Positions 21,402 through 29,194 of a DNA stretch of 64,000 nt are shown here, piece by piece. Numbering within the stretch: the first letter of the stretch is position 1; each line of letters begins with the position of its first letter. Made by a program: the position numbers and the translations under genes. The notes beneath the pieces are model-generated. The model was not told where the DNA came from. It worked only from the letters and a program-made list of their open reading frames with translations, and ran no database searches. The stretch is taken from assembly GCA_036824265.1 (NCBI GenBank), contig DAITAL010000002.1, positions 40,764-104,763 of the forward strand. Direction: 5' to 3'. Source of the DNA: Bacillota bacterium (GTDB lineage: Bacteria > Bacillota_I > Bacilli_A > Izemoplasmatales > Hujiaoplasmataceae).

Positions 21402-22121
21402 ATGGATCAAAAGACGCGTTTTCTGACATTGTTCGCCAAACTCGAGAAATTCTTACGCATCGAATACGAGCGGGGCGACTACAAGGAATCGACATTCATG
21501 GGCACACTGTTCCGCATCCGCGGCAAGAAGCAAAACGCGATCATCGCCAACCCGGCCTGCTTCGACGTCCTGCAGCAAGCCGCCCAACTCCGCAACATCA
21601 TCGTCCACAACGAGGACATCGCCAGCCCCTCGGCGGCGTTTATCGACAGATTCGCCGAGATCGTCCGGATGATCACGAAACCGGAAAAACTCGGCAACGT
21701 CATGATCCCGCTCTCCCGGATCAAGAAAGCGAGACCGGAAGATGCCGTCGATACCGTCATGGAACTGATGGAAACCCACGGTTTCTCCAAGATCCCCGTC
21801 TTCGCCGACGGCCGGCTGGCCGGCGTGTTCACCGAAAAAGCTTTCTATTATTATCTCTCGATCGCCAAAACGGCAACAATCTCCCGCAAGATGCTTATCG
21901 GCGAACTGCTGCAGGCGATCGATCTCGACGGCGATCCCGCCGCCTATTTCGATTTCATCAGCCGCAACGCCGACGTCTTCCAGGCGCTGCACCGGTTCCA
22001 GCGGGACTTTCGGGAGAAGAACAAACTCGAGATGCTGTTCGTCACCGAAAACGGCCTCAAGGGAGAAGCCGTCCTTGGCATCGTCACCCTTAAGGACCTC
22101 GAACACGTCATCGCCGTCTAA
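21402..22121 (+). CDS. CBS-pair protein with an N-terminal helical domain carrying an Rx4H (HEPN-like) motif
   Basis: The C-terminal ~140 aa looks like two CBS repeats (...HGFSKIPVFADGRLAGVFTEKAF...; ...LGIVTLKDLEHVI). The N-terminal ~95 aa contains QLRNIIVHN (R64..H69, nt 21591-21608). Confidence 0.6.
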   Translation: MDQKTRFLTLFAKLEKFLRIEYERGDYKESTFMGTLFRIRGKKQNAIIANPACFDVLQQAAQLRNIIVHNEDIASPSAAFIDRFAEIVRMITKPEKLGNVMIPLSRIKKARPEDAVDTVMELMETHGFSKIPVFADGRLAGVFTEKAFYYYLSIAKTATISRKMLIGELLQAIDLDGDPAAYFDFISRNADVFQALHRFQRDFREKNKLEMLFVTENGLKGEAVLGIVTLKDLEHVIAV

Positions 22122-22146
22122 TCTTCGGCAGAGCAGGAGTGTGGAT

Positions 22147-22950
22147 ATGAGTCACATTGACATCAGGGACATGTCGTTCACCTATACAGGCAAACGGATG
22201 ATCCTCAAGGACATCAATCTCCAAATCGAACAAGGCGAATGGGTCGCGATCCTCGGCCACAACGGCAGCGGCAAATCGACCCTGGCCAAGACGCTCGTCG
22301 GCCTGCTCGAACCCGCGCAAGGCACCGTGGCGATCGCCGGCACCATCATCACGCCGGAAACGACGCCCGCGATCCGCAAGCAGATCGGCATCGTCTTCCA
22401 AAATCCCGACAACCAGTTTGTCGGCGTCACCGTGCGGGACGATATCGCCTTCGGCATGGAAAACCTGTGTGTGAGCCGGGAAGAGATGCTGGAGCGGATC
22501 GCCTTTTTCGCCAAGAAAGTCGGAATGGAGAAATATCTCGACAAAGAACCGGCCTCGCTCTCCGGCGGGCAGAAACAACGTGTGGCGATCGCCGGCATCC
22601 TCGCGATGCAGACCGGGATCATGATCTTCGACGAGGCCACCTCGATGCTCGACCCCTATGCCCGCGAGGACTTGATGAAATACATCCGCCAGCTGCACCA
22701 GGAGGGTCTCACGATCATCATGATCACCCATGAGATCGAAGAGGCGCTGCTGGCCGACCGGCTGGTGATCATGAAAGAGGGCAAGATCTTCGCCGACGGC
22801 CGCAAAGAGGAACTCCTCAAGCAGCCGGAAGTGTTCGCCCAGTCCGCGCTCGTCATGCCCCTAGCCCTGCAAATGGCCATGCAATTGGACGACGAAGCGA
22901 CCTTCGGGGAGGTGAAGGCTTTCCTATGGGAATCCACTTTCGCGAAGTAA
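22147..22950 (+). CDS. ecfA1: energy-coupling factor (ECF) transporter ATPase A1
   Basis: MSHIDIRDMSFTY...GHNGSGKSTLAK...LSGGQKQRVAIAG...FDEATSMLD. AGGAG sits 7 nt before ATG 22147. The track ORF is trimmed. Confidence 0.93.
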   Translation: MSHIDIRDMSFTYTGKRMILKDINLQIEQGEWVAILGHNGSGKSTLAKTLVGLLEPAQGTVAIAGTIITPETTPAIRKQIGIVFQNPDNQFVGVTVRDDIAFGMENLCVSREEMLERIAFFAKKVGMEKYLDKEPASLSGGQKQRVAIAGILAMQTGIMIFDEATSMLDPYAREDLMKYIRQLHQEGLTIIMITHEIEEALLADRLVIMKEGKIFADGRKEELLKQPEVFAQSALVMPLALQMAMQLDDEATFGEVKAFLWESTFAK

Positions 22951-23786
22951 GCTTCCACTACCCGCAAAACCAACTGACCTTCTATCAGGCGATCGCCGAC
23001 ATCACGCTCCAAATCGCCAAACAGGACGAATTCATCTGTCTGATCGGCCGGACCGGCTCCGGCAAGTCGACGCTCGCCCAGCACATGAACGCATTGCTTC
23101 TGCCCACCGAGGGCAGCGTCGAGATCTTCGGTTCGCTCATCACGAACAAACGCGACAAGAAGATCAACTACAACCTGCTGCGGAAACACGTCGGCCTGGT
23201 GTTCCAATTTCCCGAATACCAGCTGTTCGAGGAGACCGTGGAGAAGGACATCATGTTCGGGCCGCTCAATTTCCACGTTCCGCCCGAACAGGCCAAACAG
23301 ATCGCGAGCGAAACCATCAAACTTGTCGGGCTGGACGAAACCTATCTCAAACGCAATCCCTTCAATCTTTCCGGTGGCGAGAAGAAGCGCGTCTCGATCG
23401 CCGGCATTCTCGCCTTCGATCCCGATATCCTCGTCCTCGACGAACCCACCTCGGGCCTCGATCCGCAAGGCAAGATCCAGATGATGGAGTTGTTCAAGGC
23501 GATCCAGGCTAAGACCGGCAAGTCGATCATCATCATCACCCATGACATGGATCTCGTCTATGAGCACGCTTCCCGGGTGATCGTGCTCCACGACGGCTCG
23601 CTGATCTACGACGAGTCGCCCGAGGTGTTGTTCCGCCGGGGGGACCTCGAGCAGTTCCACCTCCAATATCCAAACACGATCAAGGTGTTGAGCGCCCTGA
23701 GAGACCGTTTCGGCCTGGATCTCGACATCTATCAGAAAAACCTGCCGGATGCGCTCTTGGCGATCAAAAAGGCGGTGGCCCGATGA
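22926..23786 (+). CDS. ecfA2: ECF transporter ATPase A2
   Basis: ...GRTGSGKSTLAQ...LSGGEKKRVSIAGILA...LDEPTSGLD; conserved tandem with ecfA1. Confidence 0.93.
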   Translation: MGIHFREVSFHYPQNQLTFYQAIADITLQIAKQDEFICLIGRTGSGKSTLAQHMNALLLPTEGSVEIFGSLITNKRDKKINYNLLRKHVGLVFQFPEYQLFEETVEKDIMFGPLNFHVPPEQAKQIASETIKLVGLDETYLKRNPFNLSGGEKKRVSIAGILAFDPDILVLDEPTSGLDPQGKIQMMELFKAIQAKTGKSIIIITHDMDLVYEHASRVIVLHDGSLIYDESPEVLFRRGDLEQFHLQYPNTIKVLSALRDRFGLDLDIYQKNLPDALLAIKKAVAR

Positions 23787-24745
23787 AAAACATCGTTCTT
23801 GGCCAATACCTTCCCGGCCAGGGTTTCTTCTATAGGATGGACCCGCGCACGAAGATCATCGGCGTCATCGCGCTGATGGTCGCGATCTTTCTCTTGGAGA
23901 CGATTCCGCAGCTTCTGATCGCCCTGGCGATCGGGGTTGTGTGCATGCTTCTCGGACGCTTGTCGATCAAACGGATCGCCAAGGGGATGCGGCCTTTGTT
24001 CATCCTGCTCATCTTCACCTTCTTTTTCCAGATCCTCTTCAACAAGGAAGGCAGCATCCTGCTTCAGGAAACGCTGACCATCTCTTTGGCAAGCATCGGC
24101 GCGATCATCGCTTTGACGATTCTTTGGCGGCTGCTTGCCAAACTTCGGAGATTCCGCTTCCTTCTGTTGCTTGGCTATCTGGCCGGCGTCTACTTCAGCC
24201 TGGCCTACCTCGCCTACGGCTACACGTTCGCTTCCTTCGTGTTCACCGTCTACGAGCGCGGCGTCGAGATGAGCGTCTTCGTCGTCATCAGGCTGCTGGT
24301 GATCATCACGCTGTCGACGATCCTGACGCTGACGACGAAACCGACCGACTTGACACAGGGTCTTGAAAGCCTGATGCGCCCGCTCAAGGTGATCGGGATC
24401 CGTTCCGACGAATTCGCGCTGATCATCTCCATCAGTCTCCGCTACATCCCGACGATCTTGGACGAGGCGAACAAGATCATGGCCGCCCAGGCCAGCCGCG
24501 GCGCGGATTTTCTCCAAGGCAGGCTGAAGGACAAGATCAGGCAGATCATCTCCCTGCTAGTGCCGATGTTCATCATCGCCTTCAAACGCAGCGAGGATCT
24601 GGCGGACGCCATGGAAACCCGCAACTTCATTCCCGGGATGAAACGGACCCGGATCAGCGAGCTTGCCTTTGGCAAGACCGACATCCTGGCGACGCTCTTC
24701 ATCGTTTCTTCCCTAGCGGCATCGATCGTGCTGAGGGTGCTCTGA
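23783..24745 (+). CDS. ecfT: ECF transporter transmembrane component T (320 aa, longer than usual)
   Basis: ...YRMDPRTKII...; C-terminal AQASRGADF and ADAMETRNF coupling motifs. ATGA overlap with ecfA2. Confidence 0.9.
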   Translation: MKNIVLGQYLPGQGFFYRMDPRTKIIGVIALMVAIFLLETIPQLLIALAIGVVCMLLGRLSIKRIAKGMRPLFILLIFTFFFQILFNKEGSILLQETLTISLASIGAIIALTILWRLLAKLRRFRFLLLLGYLAGVYFSLAYLAYGYTFASFVFTVYERGVEMSVFVVIRLLVIITLSTILTLTTKPTDLTQGLESLMRPLKVIGIRSDEFALIISISLRYIPTILDEANKIMAAQASRGADFLQGRLKDKIRQIISLLVPMFIIAFKRSEDLADAMETRNFIPGMKRTRISELAFGKTDILATLFIVSSLAASIVLRVL

Positions 24746-25725
24746 TGCCCATATTCCAGCAAGAAGACATCTTGGTCCGGCTTCATCCCGACGCCGGGCT
24801 GAAAATCGAGAGCACGGTCGTCCTCGGTCGCGCGGCGATCACCGGTTTTCTCAAGGACAATCCCGATTTGGTCGCGGGACTTGATCTCGAGCCCTGGCAG
24901 GGATCCAAGGTGCTGTTTGGGGAAACTCTTCGCAACCAAAACATCAAGGTCGCCTTTTCGGACGGACTGATCAACCGGATCGTCATCTCCGGGAAAAAGA
25001 CGAAAAAGAGACGCCTGGTGCTCGTCATCAGTTATGACGGCTCCGATTTCTTCGGTTTCCAAACCCAAAAACAGGAACGTTCGGTCCAGGCGGAATTGGA
25101 AGCGCTCGTCTCGCGCATCAACGATGAGCCCACATCAATCCAGGGAGCATCCCGCACCGATGCCGGCGTTCACGCCCTGCACCAGGTCATCCATTTCGAC
25201 ACCAGCCATGACTTTTCCAGCGACCGGTGGGTCTATATCCTGAACAAGCAACTGCCGAAAGACATCCACGTGAAGAGCGCCGCCTTCGCGCCACCGCTCT
25301 TCCACTCGCGCTATGACGCCGACCGGAAAACCTACCGCTACCTGATCAACACCGGCGAATACGATCCTTTGATGCGCAAGTACGAGGCCTGTTATCCGCG
25401 CCTTGCGACCGAACTGATCGAAGCCGACTTGGCGTCACTGATCGGCACGCACGATTTCGCCAGTTTCTGCTCGGGTTTCAAGGAAGACAAGACACGGACG
25501 CTTTACAAGGCATTTCTCGAAAAAGAAGGCGAGCGGCTGTCCCTCTATTTCACCGGTAACGGCTTTCTCCACCACATGGTCCGGCTGATCGTCGGCCAGC
25601 TGGTGCAAATCGCCTCCGGCGAATCGACCAAGGACATCCGAACGATTCTCGAAGAACGCTCGCGCCGGTCAACCCGTAAGCTCGCGCCCGCAGGCGGTCT
25701 ATATCTGATTAATGTGGAGTATTAG
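24745..25725 (+). CDS. truA: tRNA pseudouridine(38-40) synthase TruA with an ~85-90 aa N-terminal extension
   Basis: The core starts at ...LVLVISYDGSDFFGFQTQ...GASRTDAGVHA... and ends KLAPAGGLYLINVEY. The ORF begins with a TGATG overlap on the ecfT stop. An internal GVG-type start (GTG, about 25018) cannot be excluded. Confidence 0.88.
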   Translation: MPIFQQEDILVRLHPDAGLKIESTVVLGRAAITGFLKDNPDLVAGLDLEPWQGSKVLFGETLRNQNIKVAFSDGLINRIVISGKKTKKRRLVLVISYDGSDFFGFQTQKQERSVQAELEALVSRINDEPTSIQGASRTDAGVHALHQVIHFDTSHDFSSDRWVYILNKQLPKDIHVKSAAFAPPLFHSRYDADRKTYRYLINTGEYDPLMRKYEACYPRLATELIEADLASLIGTHDFASFCSGFKEDKTRTLYKAFLEKEGERLSLYFTGNGFLHHMVRLIVGQLVQIASGESTKDIRTILEERSRRSTRKLAPAGGLYLINVEY

Positions 25726-25751
25726 ACGACTACGTATCCATAACGGACAAA

Positions 25752-25777
25752 ACAAGCAATGTTGCTTGTTTTTTTAT
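25752..25777 (+). terminator. rho-independent terminator after truA
   Basis: ACAAGC / GCTTGT stem, loop AATGTT, T7 run. Confidence 0.65.
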
Positions 25778-25817
25778 GCAGATAAGGCACTAAAAATAAA
25801 TTAGTTCAGCAATATTA

Positions 25818-25846
25818 TTGATTTTCCTTTTTGCTCAAATTATAAT
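25818..25846 (+). promoter_or_regulatory. sigma-A type promoter of the lipoprotein gene
   Basis: TTGATT (25818-25823), 17 nt spacer, TATAAT (25841-25846), in an AT-rich spacer. Confidence 0.6.
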
Positions 25847-25948
25847 TAGTCTGTTAAAAACGATTTGGCGATACTGGATACCGGGGATAAATATCTCCAT
25901 CAATTCAACGGCGATGTTCCTGGATTCACCGGAAACGGGAGTGAGATC

Positions 25949-27445
25949 ATGAAAGCATGTCTTCAAAGAAGTTCCTTGATGTTGTTGCTGCTGCTAATGT
26001 CTGCATTTTTTGGTTGCAATGCCGGCTCCGTGACGACCACCGATGCACAGACCACAACGGCAATTGCCGTGACAACCACTACGACGGGAACCACCGCCTC
26101 CGATGTCCTGACGACATCAGTTACACCTGTGACAACCACTACGACGGGAAACACCGCCTCCGATGTCCTGACGACATCAGTTACACCCGTGACAACCATC
26201 ACCGATGCACCGACCTCTAATGTTGATTCCACTTCGGAATTCGTCGAGAAGTTCAATCTGGTGTTGGTAAAAGTTGAGCACTTGATCATTGAGATGACGG
26301 GGATAAACCCAGAGGATTTACGTGATTACCCACGGGATTCACTCAAACAGTTGTCGGAGTTTGATCCTGGTTCAGTTTATTATCCCGAAGATTTTCTGGA
26401 AATGTACAACCCACAAACGATGACGATTACCGCGGTCCAATCCCTGGATTTCATCTTTGAAATATGGTTCCTGCTGGAAAAGTTGGAGCAAGTGATTGAC
26501 TTTGATGATTTGATTTTGGGAGAGGAACAAATCATCGAACCAGAGGGATTCGGGACCATGACGGCAACCTTCACCATTACCTTCGATGGTCAATTACTGA
26601 TGTGTTTTGTCAGAGGAATAGAGAATATATACTTGAAGGCTGGATTTGATGAATCGGGGTTGTTTCATTCAGCGTGGCTTAATTATGCCGTAGAAGAAGG
26701 CAGCCAAGCAGGATTCACATACAACTACAACGAATTCTTGGAGGGCGTGCACTACATCATCATCAACTCGCTTGAGGGCGATTGGATCGCGTATGCGTAT
26801 TATGATTTTCTCCACGGCCGGCAAAAGGGATATGAGATGCGCAACGGCACAGAGAATATCACGTTTTATCTGTTGGAGAATAACACGGTCTTCCATTTCC
26901 AGTTTGTTGATGGATTGCTTGACGGCAGGATATTGAATTTTCTGAGCGAACATAGCATTGTCATATACTATGAGGAAGGCTATGGTGATTATGTTCCCTC
27001 CGGATTTGTGCGACTTCGCTGGCAGATGTTGGAAGCCACTGGATGGGACTATGTGGTCGCAAAAAACATGGAGCGGGGACACCTTCATCCCATTACCGAG
27101 GGAGACGGGATCTATGTCGATGACCAGAATCTGTTTGTTTTCGGCCAAGACCAATTGAATGTCGATCTGTCTCTAAGCGCAAACGTAACCTTGTCAAAGT
27201 TGTATAGCAAAGCACTGTTGACAGACGAAATCCTGAATCTGTCCGCCTATGGGTTGACCTTGTCGATCCCAGAGCTTACGCTTGATCTCGTTGATCAGAC
27301 CTTTGCGTTGGGGTTACAGATGATTGATGAGGGCATCGTCTTCAACAACGTTGATTTTCGATCGGAGACCATCAGGGAAGATGTCCTTGCGCTATTGGAT
27401 CCCGACATCTTTCACACGGTTTTTACTGGTTCAACAGGAGAATGA
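25949..27445 (+). CDS. putative lipoprotein of unknown function (Thr-rich repeat linker plus acidic ~420-aa domain)
   Basis: From ATG 25949: MKACLQRSSLMLLLLLMSAFFGC (signal peptide with a Cys at position 23). This is followed by VTTTTTG(T/N)TASDVLTTSVTP x2. RBS GGGAGTGAG upstream. Visibly lower GC than its neighbours. I recognise no family. Confidence 0.7.
   Translation: MKACLQRSSLMLLLLLMSAFFGCNAGSVTTTDAQTTTAIAVTTTTTGTTASDVLTTSVTPVTTTTTGNTASDVLTTSVTPVTTITDAPTSNVDSTSEFVEKFNLVLVKVEHLIIEMTGINPEDLRDYPRDSLKQLSEFDPGSVYYPEDFLEMYNPQTMTITAVQSLDFIFEIWFLLEKLEQVIDFDDLILGEEQIIEPEGFGTMTATFTITFDGQLLMCFVRGIENIYLKAGFDESGLFHSAWLNYAVEEGSQAGFTYNYNEFLEGVHYIIINSLEGDWIAYAYYDFLHGRQKGYEMRNGTENITFYLLENNTVFHFQFVDGLLDGRILNFLSEHSIVIYYEEGYGDYVPSGFVRLRWQMLEATGWDYVVAKNMERGHLHPITEGDGIYVDDQNLFVFGQDQLNVDLSLSANVTLSKLYSKALLTDEILNLSAYGLTLSIPELTLDLVDQTFALGLQMIDEGIVFNNVDFRSETIREDVLALLDPDIFHTVFTGSTGE
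26069..26198 (+). repeat. in-frame 60-bp tandem repeat (2 full copies plus a 10-nt partial)
   Basis: 26069-26128 and 26129-26188 differ at 2 of 60 positions. A third copy starts with GTGACAACCA and then diverges. Confidence 0.95.
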
Positions 27446-27489
27446 TTTCATCTGGGTAAGAAATCTTCACGAAGATTGGTGATAATCTC

Positions 27490-27530
27490 AAAGCCCAATT
27501 CATGACATTGACCTGAATTGGGCTTTTGTA
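27490..27530 (+). terminator. rho-independent terminator after the lipoprotein gene
   Basis: AAAGCCCAATTCA (27490-27502) / TGAATTGGGCTTT (27514-27526), then TTGT. Confidence 0.75.
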
Positions 27531-27539
27531 TCGAAACAG

Positions 27540-27623
27540 GGAATTGACACGGATCTCGCGCCACCCGACGCCCAAACTTGCACCGGCTGGGGGACTCTGC
27601 CTCATGTGGATGTGCAATACTAA
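27540..27623 (+). pseudogene. truA: displaced, frameshifted 3'-terminal remnant of a truA gene
   Basis: Translation ...RISRHPTPKLAPAGGLCL. After a 1-nt frame slip it reads VDVQY-TAA (27606-27623). Compare the live truA end RRSTRKLAPAGGLYLINVEY*. A terminator follows directly. Confidence 0.7.
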
Positions 27624-27652
27624 AAAAAAGCCCGATCGCTCGGGCTTTGTTT
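27622..27652. terminator. bidirectional rho-independent terminator
   Basis: A8 run, AGCCCGA / TCGGGCT stem, then TTTGTTT. It sits between the truA remnant (+) and the stop of the convergent permease gene (-). Confidence 0.8.
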
Positions 27653-28529
27653 ATTGTTTGGGACGATTCAGCTTGAAGGCCTGCCGTTTCCTGACCAGTT
27701 GCTTGACCACCGAGACGACGAGCAGGATGAAGATGTTGATCGAAACGATCGCCGCGCCGCTCGGAATCTTGAGCGAATAGGCGAGCCAGAGGCCGAAAAA
27801 GACGGACAACTCGGAAAAGACAACGGCGATGATGAACGTCGACTTGAAGCTCCACCCGAGCTTCATGCCGGCCGCCACCGGGATGATCATCATCGAAGAG
27901 ATGAGCAAGACGCCGGCGCTCTCGAGCATGACCGAGACCACGACCGACAGCGTCACCATGAAGATGATCTGAAAGTAATTGACGTTGATGCCGAGGAACT
28001 TGGCGCTGGTCTCATCGAAACTCACCGCGATGATCTGCCTGCCAAAGAGAATGAAGAGCAGACCGACGAGCGCCGCGGTGATGATGATGGCGTAGAGATA
28101 GTAGTTGTTCACGGTCAGGATCGACCCGAACAGATAGGTGTAGATCGAACCCGTGGCCTTGGCCCGGGAAAAGAAGATCGCGCTGAGGGCGGTGCCCAAA
28201 CTGATGACGATGACCATCGAGATCTCCTTGTAGTTCTTGTAGGAACGCCGGAAAAGTTCAATCAAAAGCCCACCGATCACGGAAAAGAAAATACCCAGGA
28301 ACAAAGGCTCGCTCGAGATGAACTTGATTCCCAGGGACGTGAGCAGCAAACTGGCGGAAATACCCACCAGCGCGAAGTGGCCGAGCGTGTCGGCGATGAA
28401 CGACAGGCGTCTGACGACGACGACGCTGCCGATCAGGGGCGCGAGCACGCCGATGATCAATCCGGCGATCAGCGCCCGGAGCATGAATTCGTAATTGAAC
28501 AGGTCGGAGAAAAATGACAGGAAGATCAT
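27651..28529 (-). CDS. ABC-3 family metal (Zn/Mn-type) ABC transporter permease
   Basis: MIFLSFFSDLFNYEFMLRALIAGLIIGVLAPLIGSVVVVRRLSFIADTLGHFALVG... is typical of ZnuB/MntB/TroC-like permeases. Confidence 0.85.
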   Translation of the reverse strand: MIFLSFFSDLFNYEFMLRALIAGLIIGVLAPLIGSVVVVRRLSFIADTLGHFALVGISASLLLTSLGIKFISSEPLFLGIFFSVIGGLLIELFRRSYKNYKEISMVIVISLGTALSAIFFSRAKATGSIYTYLFGSILTVNNYYLYAIIITAALVGLLFILFGRQIIAVSFDETSAKFLGINVNYFQIIFMVTLSVVVSVMLESAGVLLISSMMIIPVAAGMKLGWSFKSTFIIAVVFSELSVFFGLWLAYSLKIPSGAAIVSINIFILLVVSVVKQLVRKRQAFKLNRPKQ

Positions 28530-29194
28530 GGTGTGACCTCCTGAGCAGGTTTTTCACGGGCTTGGAAGGTGAATGTGAAGTCCTGATACATCGAAAGGAT
28601 ATGCGAGTAGTTCATGTTTTCGAGCGAGTCGTTATGGGTGATCAGGATGATCGTGATGCCCAGCTTGTTCAGTTCGTTAACGGTCTTGTAAAAGTACTGG
28701 GTGTTCAGCTTGTCGATCGAGGCGGTCGGTTCGTCCAGGATCAGGATCGACGGATCATTGAGCATCGACCTGGCGATGAACACGCGTTGCAGCTGACCGC
28801 CGGAGAGGTTGTTGATGTTCTCATTGACAATCTCGAGGATGCCGAGTTGATCCAGAAGTTTCAGTCGTTTGCTCTGGTTTTTGCCCTTGAGGCTGTATAC
28901 GGAAAGAAACTCATCGACGGTGATGGGATATTCATAATTGAAATCTTCGAATTTTTGGCTGACGTACCCGAAGTTGGTCCAGCCCTTGTAGTTGATGATG
29001 TCCTGATGATCGTAGAAAATCATTCCGGCCTTGACCGGGTTGATGCCGAGCAGGCACTTGATCAGCGTGGTCTTGCCCGAACCGTTCTTGCCCCGGATGA
29101 CAAGATAGTCTCCGGAGGCGACGGAAAGGGAGAGATTCTGGATCACCGTCTTGTGTCCGTAGGCGAAAGAAAGATTGTGAATATCGATGTGCAT
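28526..29194 (-). CDS. metal-type ABC transporter ATP-binding protein (ZnuC-like)
   Basis: GKNGSGKTTL Walker A, LSGGQLQRVFIARSML signature, LILDEPT Walker B. ATGA overlap with the permease gene. Confidence 0.85.
   Translation of the reverse strand: MHIDIHNLSFAYGHKTVIQNLSLSVASGDYLVIRGKNGSGKTTLIKCLLGINPVKAGMIFYDHQDIINYKGWTNFGYVSQKFEDFNYEYPITVDEFLSVYSLKGKNQSKRLKLLDQLGILEIVNENINNLSGGQLQRVFIARSMLNDPSILILDEPTASIDKLNTQYFYKTVNELNKLGITIILITHNDSLENMNYSHILSMYQDFTFTFQAREKPAQEVTP

Noticed and set aside
25865-25948. Upstream TTG start extending the lipoprotein ORF by 28 codons
   Set aside because: No RBS. Starting at ATG 25949 places a canonical signal peptide at the N-terminus and follows GGGAGTGAG.
26069-26198. 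Possible CRISPR-like direct repeats
   Set aside because: The units are directly adjacent 60-bp tandem copies with no spacers. They are in frame inside a CDS and encode a Thr-rich peptide repeat.
27526-27780. 84-aa + strand ORF
   Set aside because: Not a gene. It reads through the bidirectional terminator into the antisense of the permease gene. Only its first part is meaningful, as the truA 3' remnant reported separately.
27654-28517. 287-aa + strand ORF, extremely D/E/R/H-rich
   Set aside because: Antisense to the ABC-3 permease gene. Its composition is the mirror of a hydrophobic membrane protein's codons, and it has no start context.
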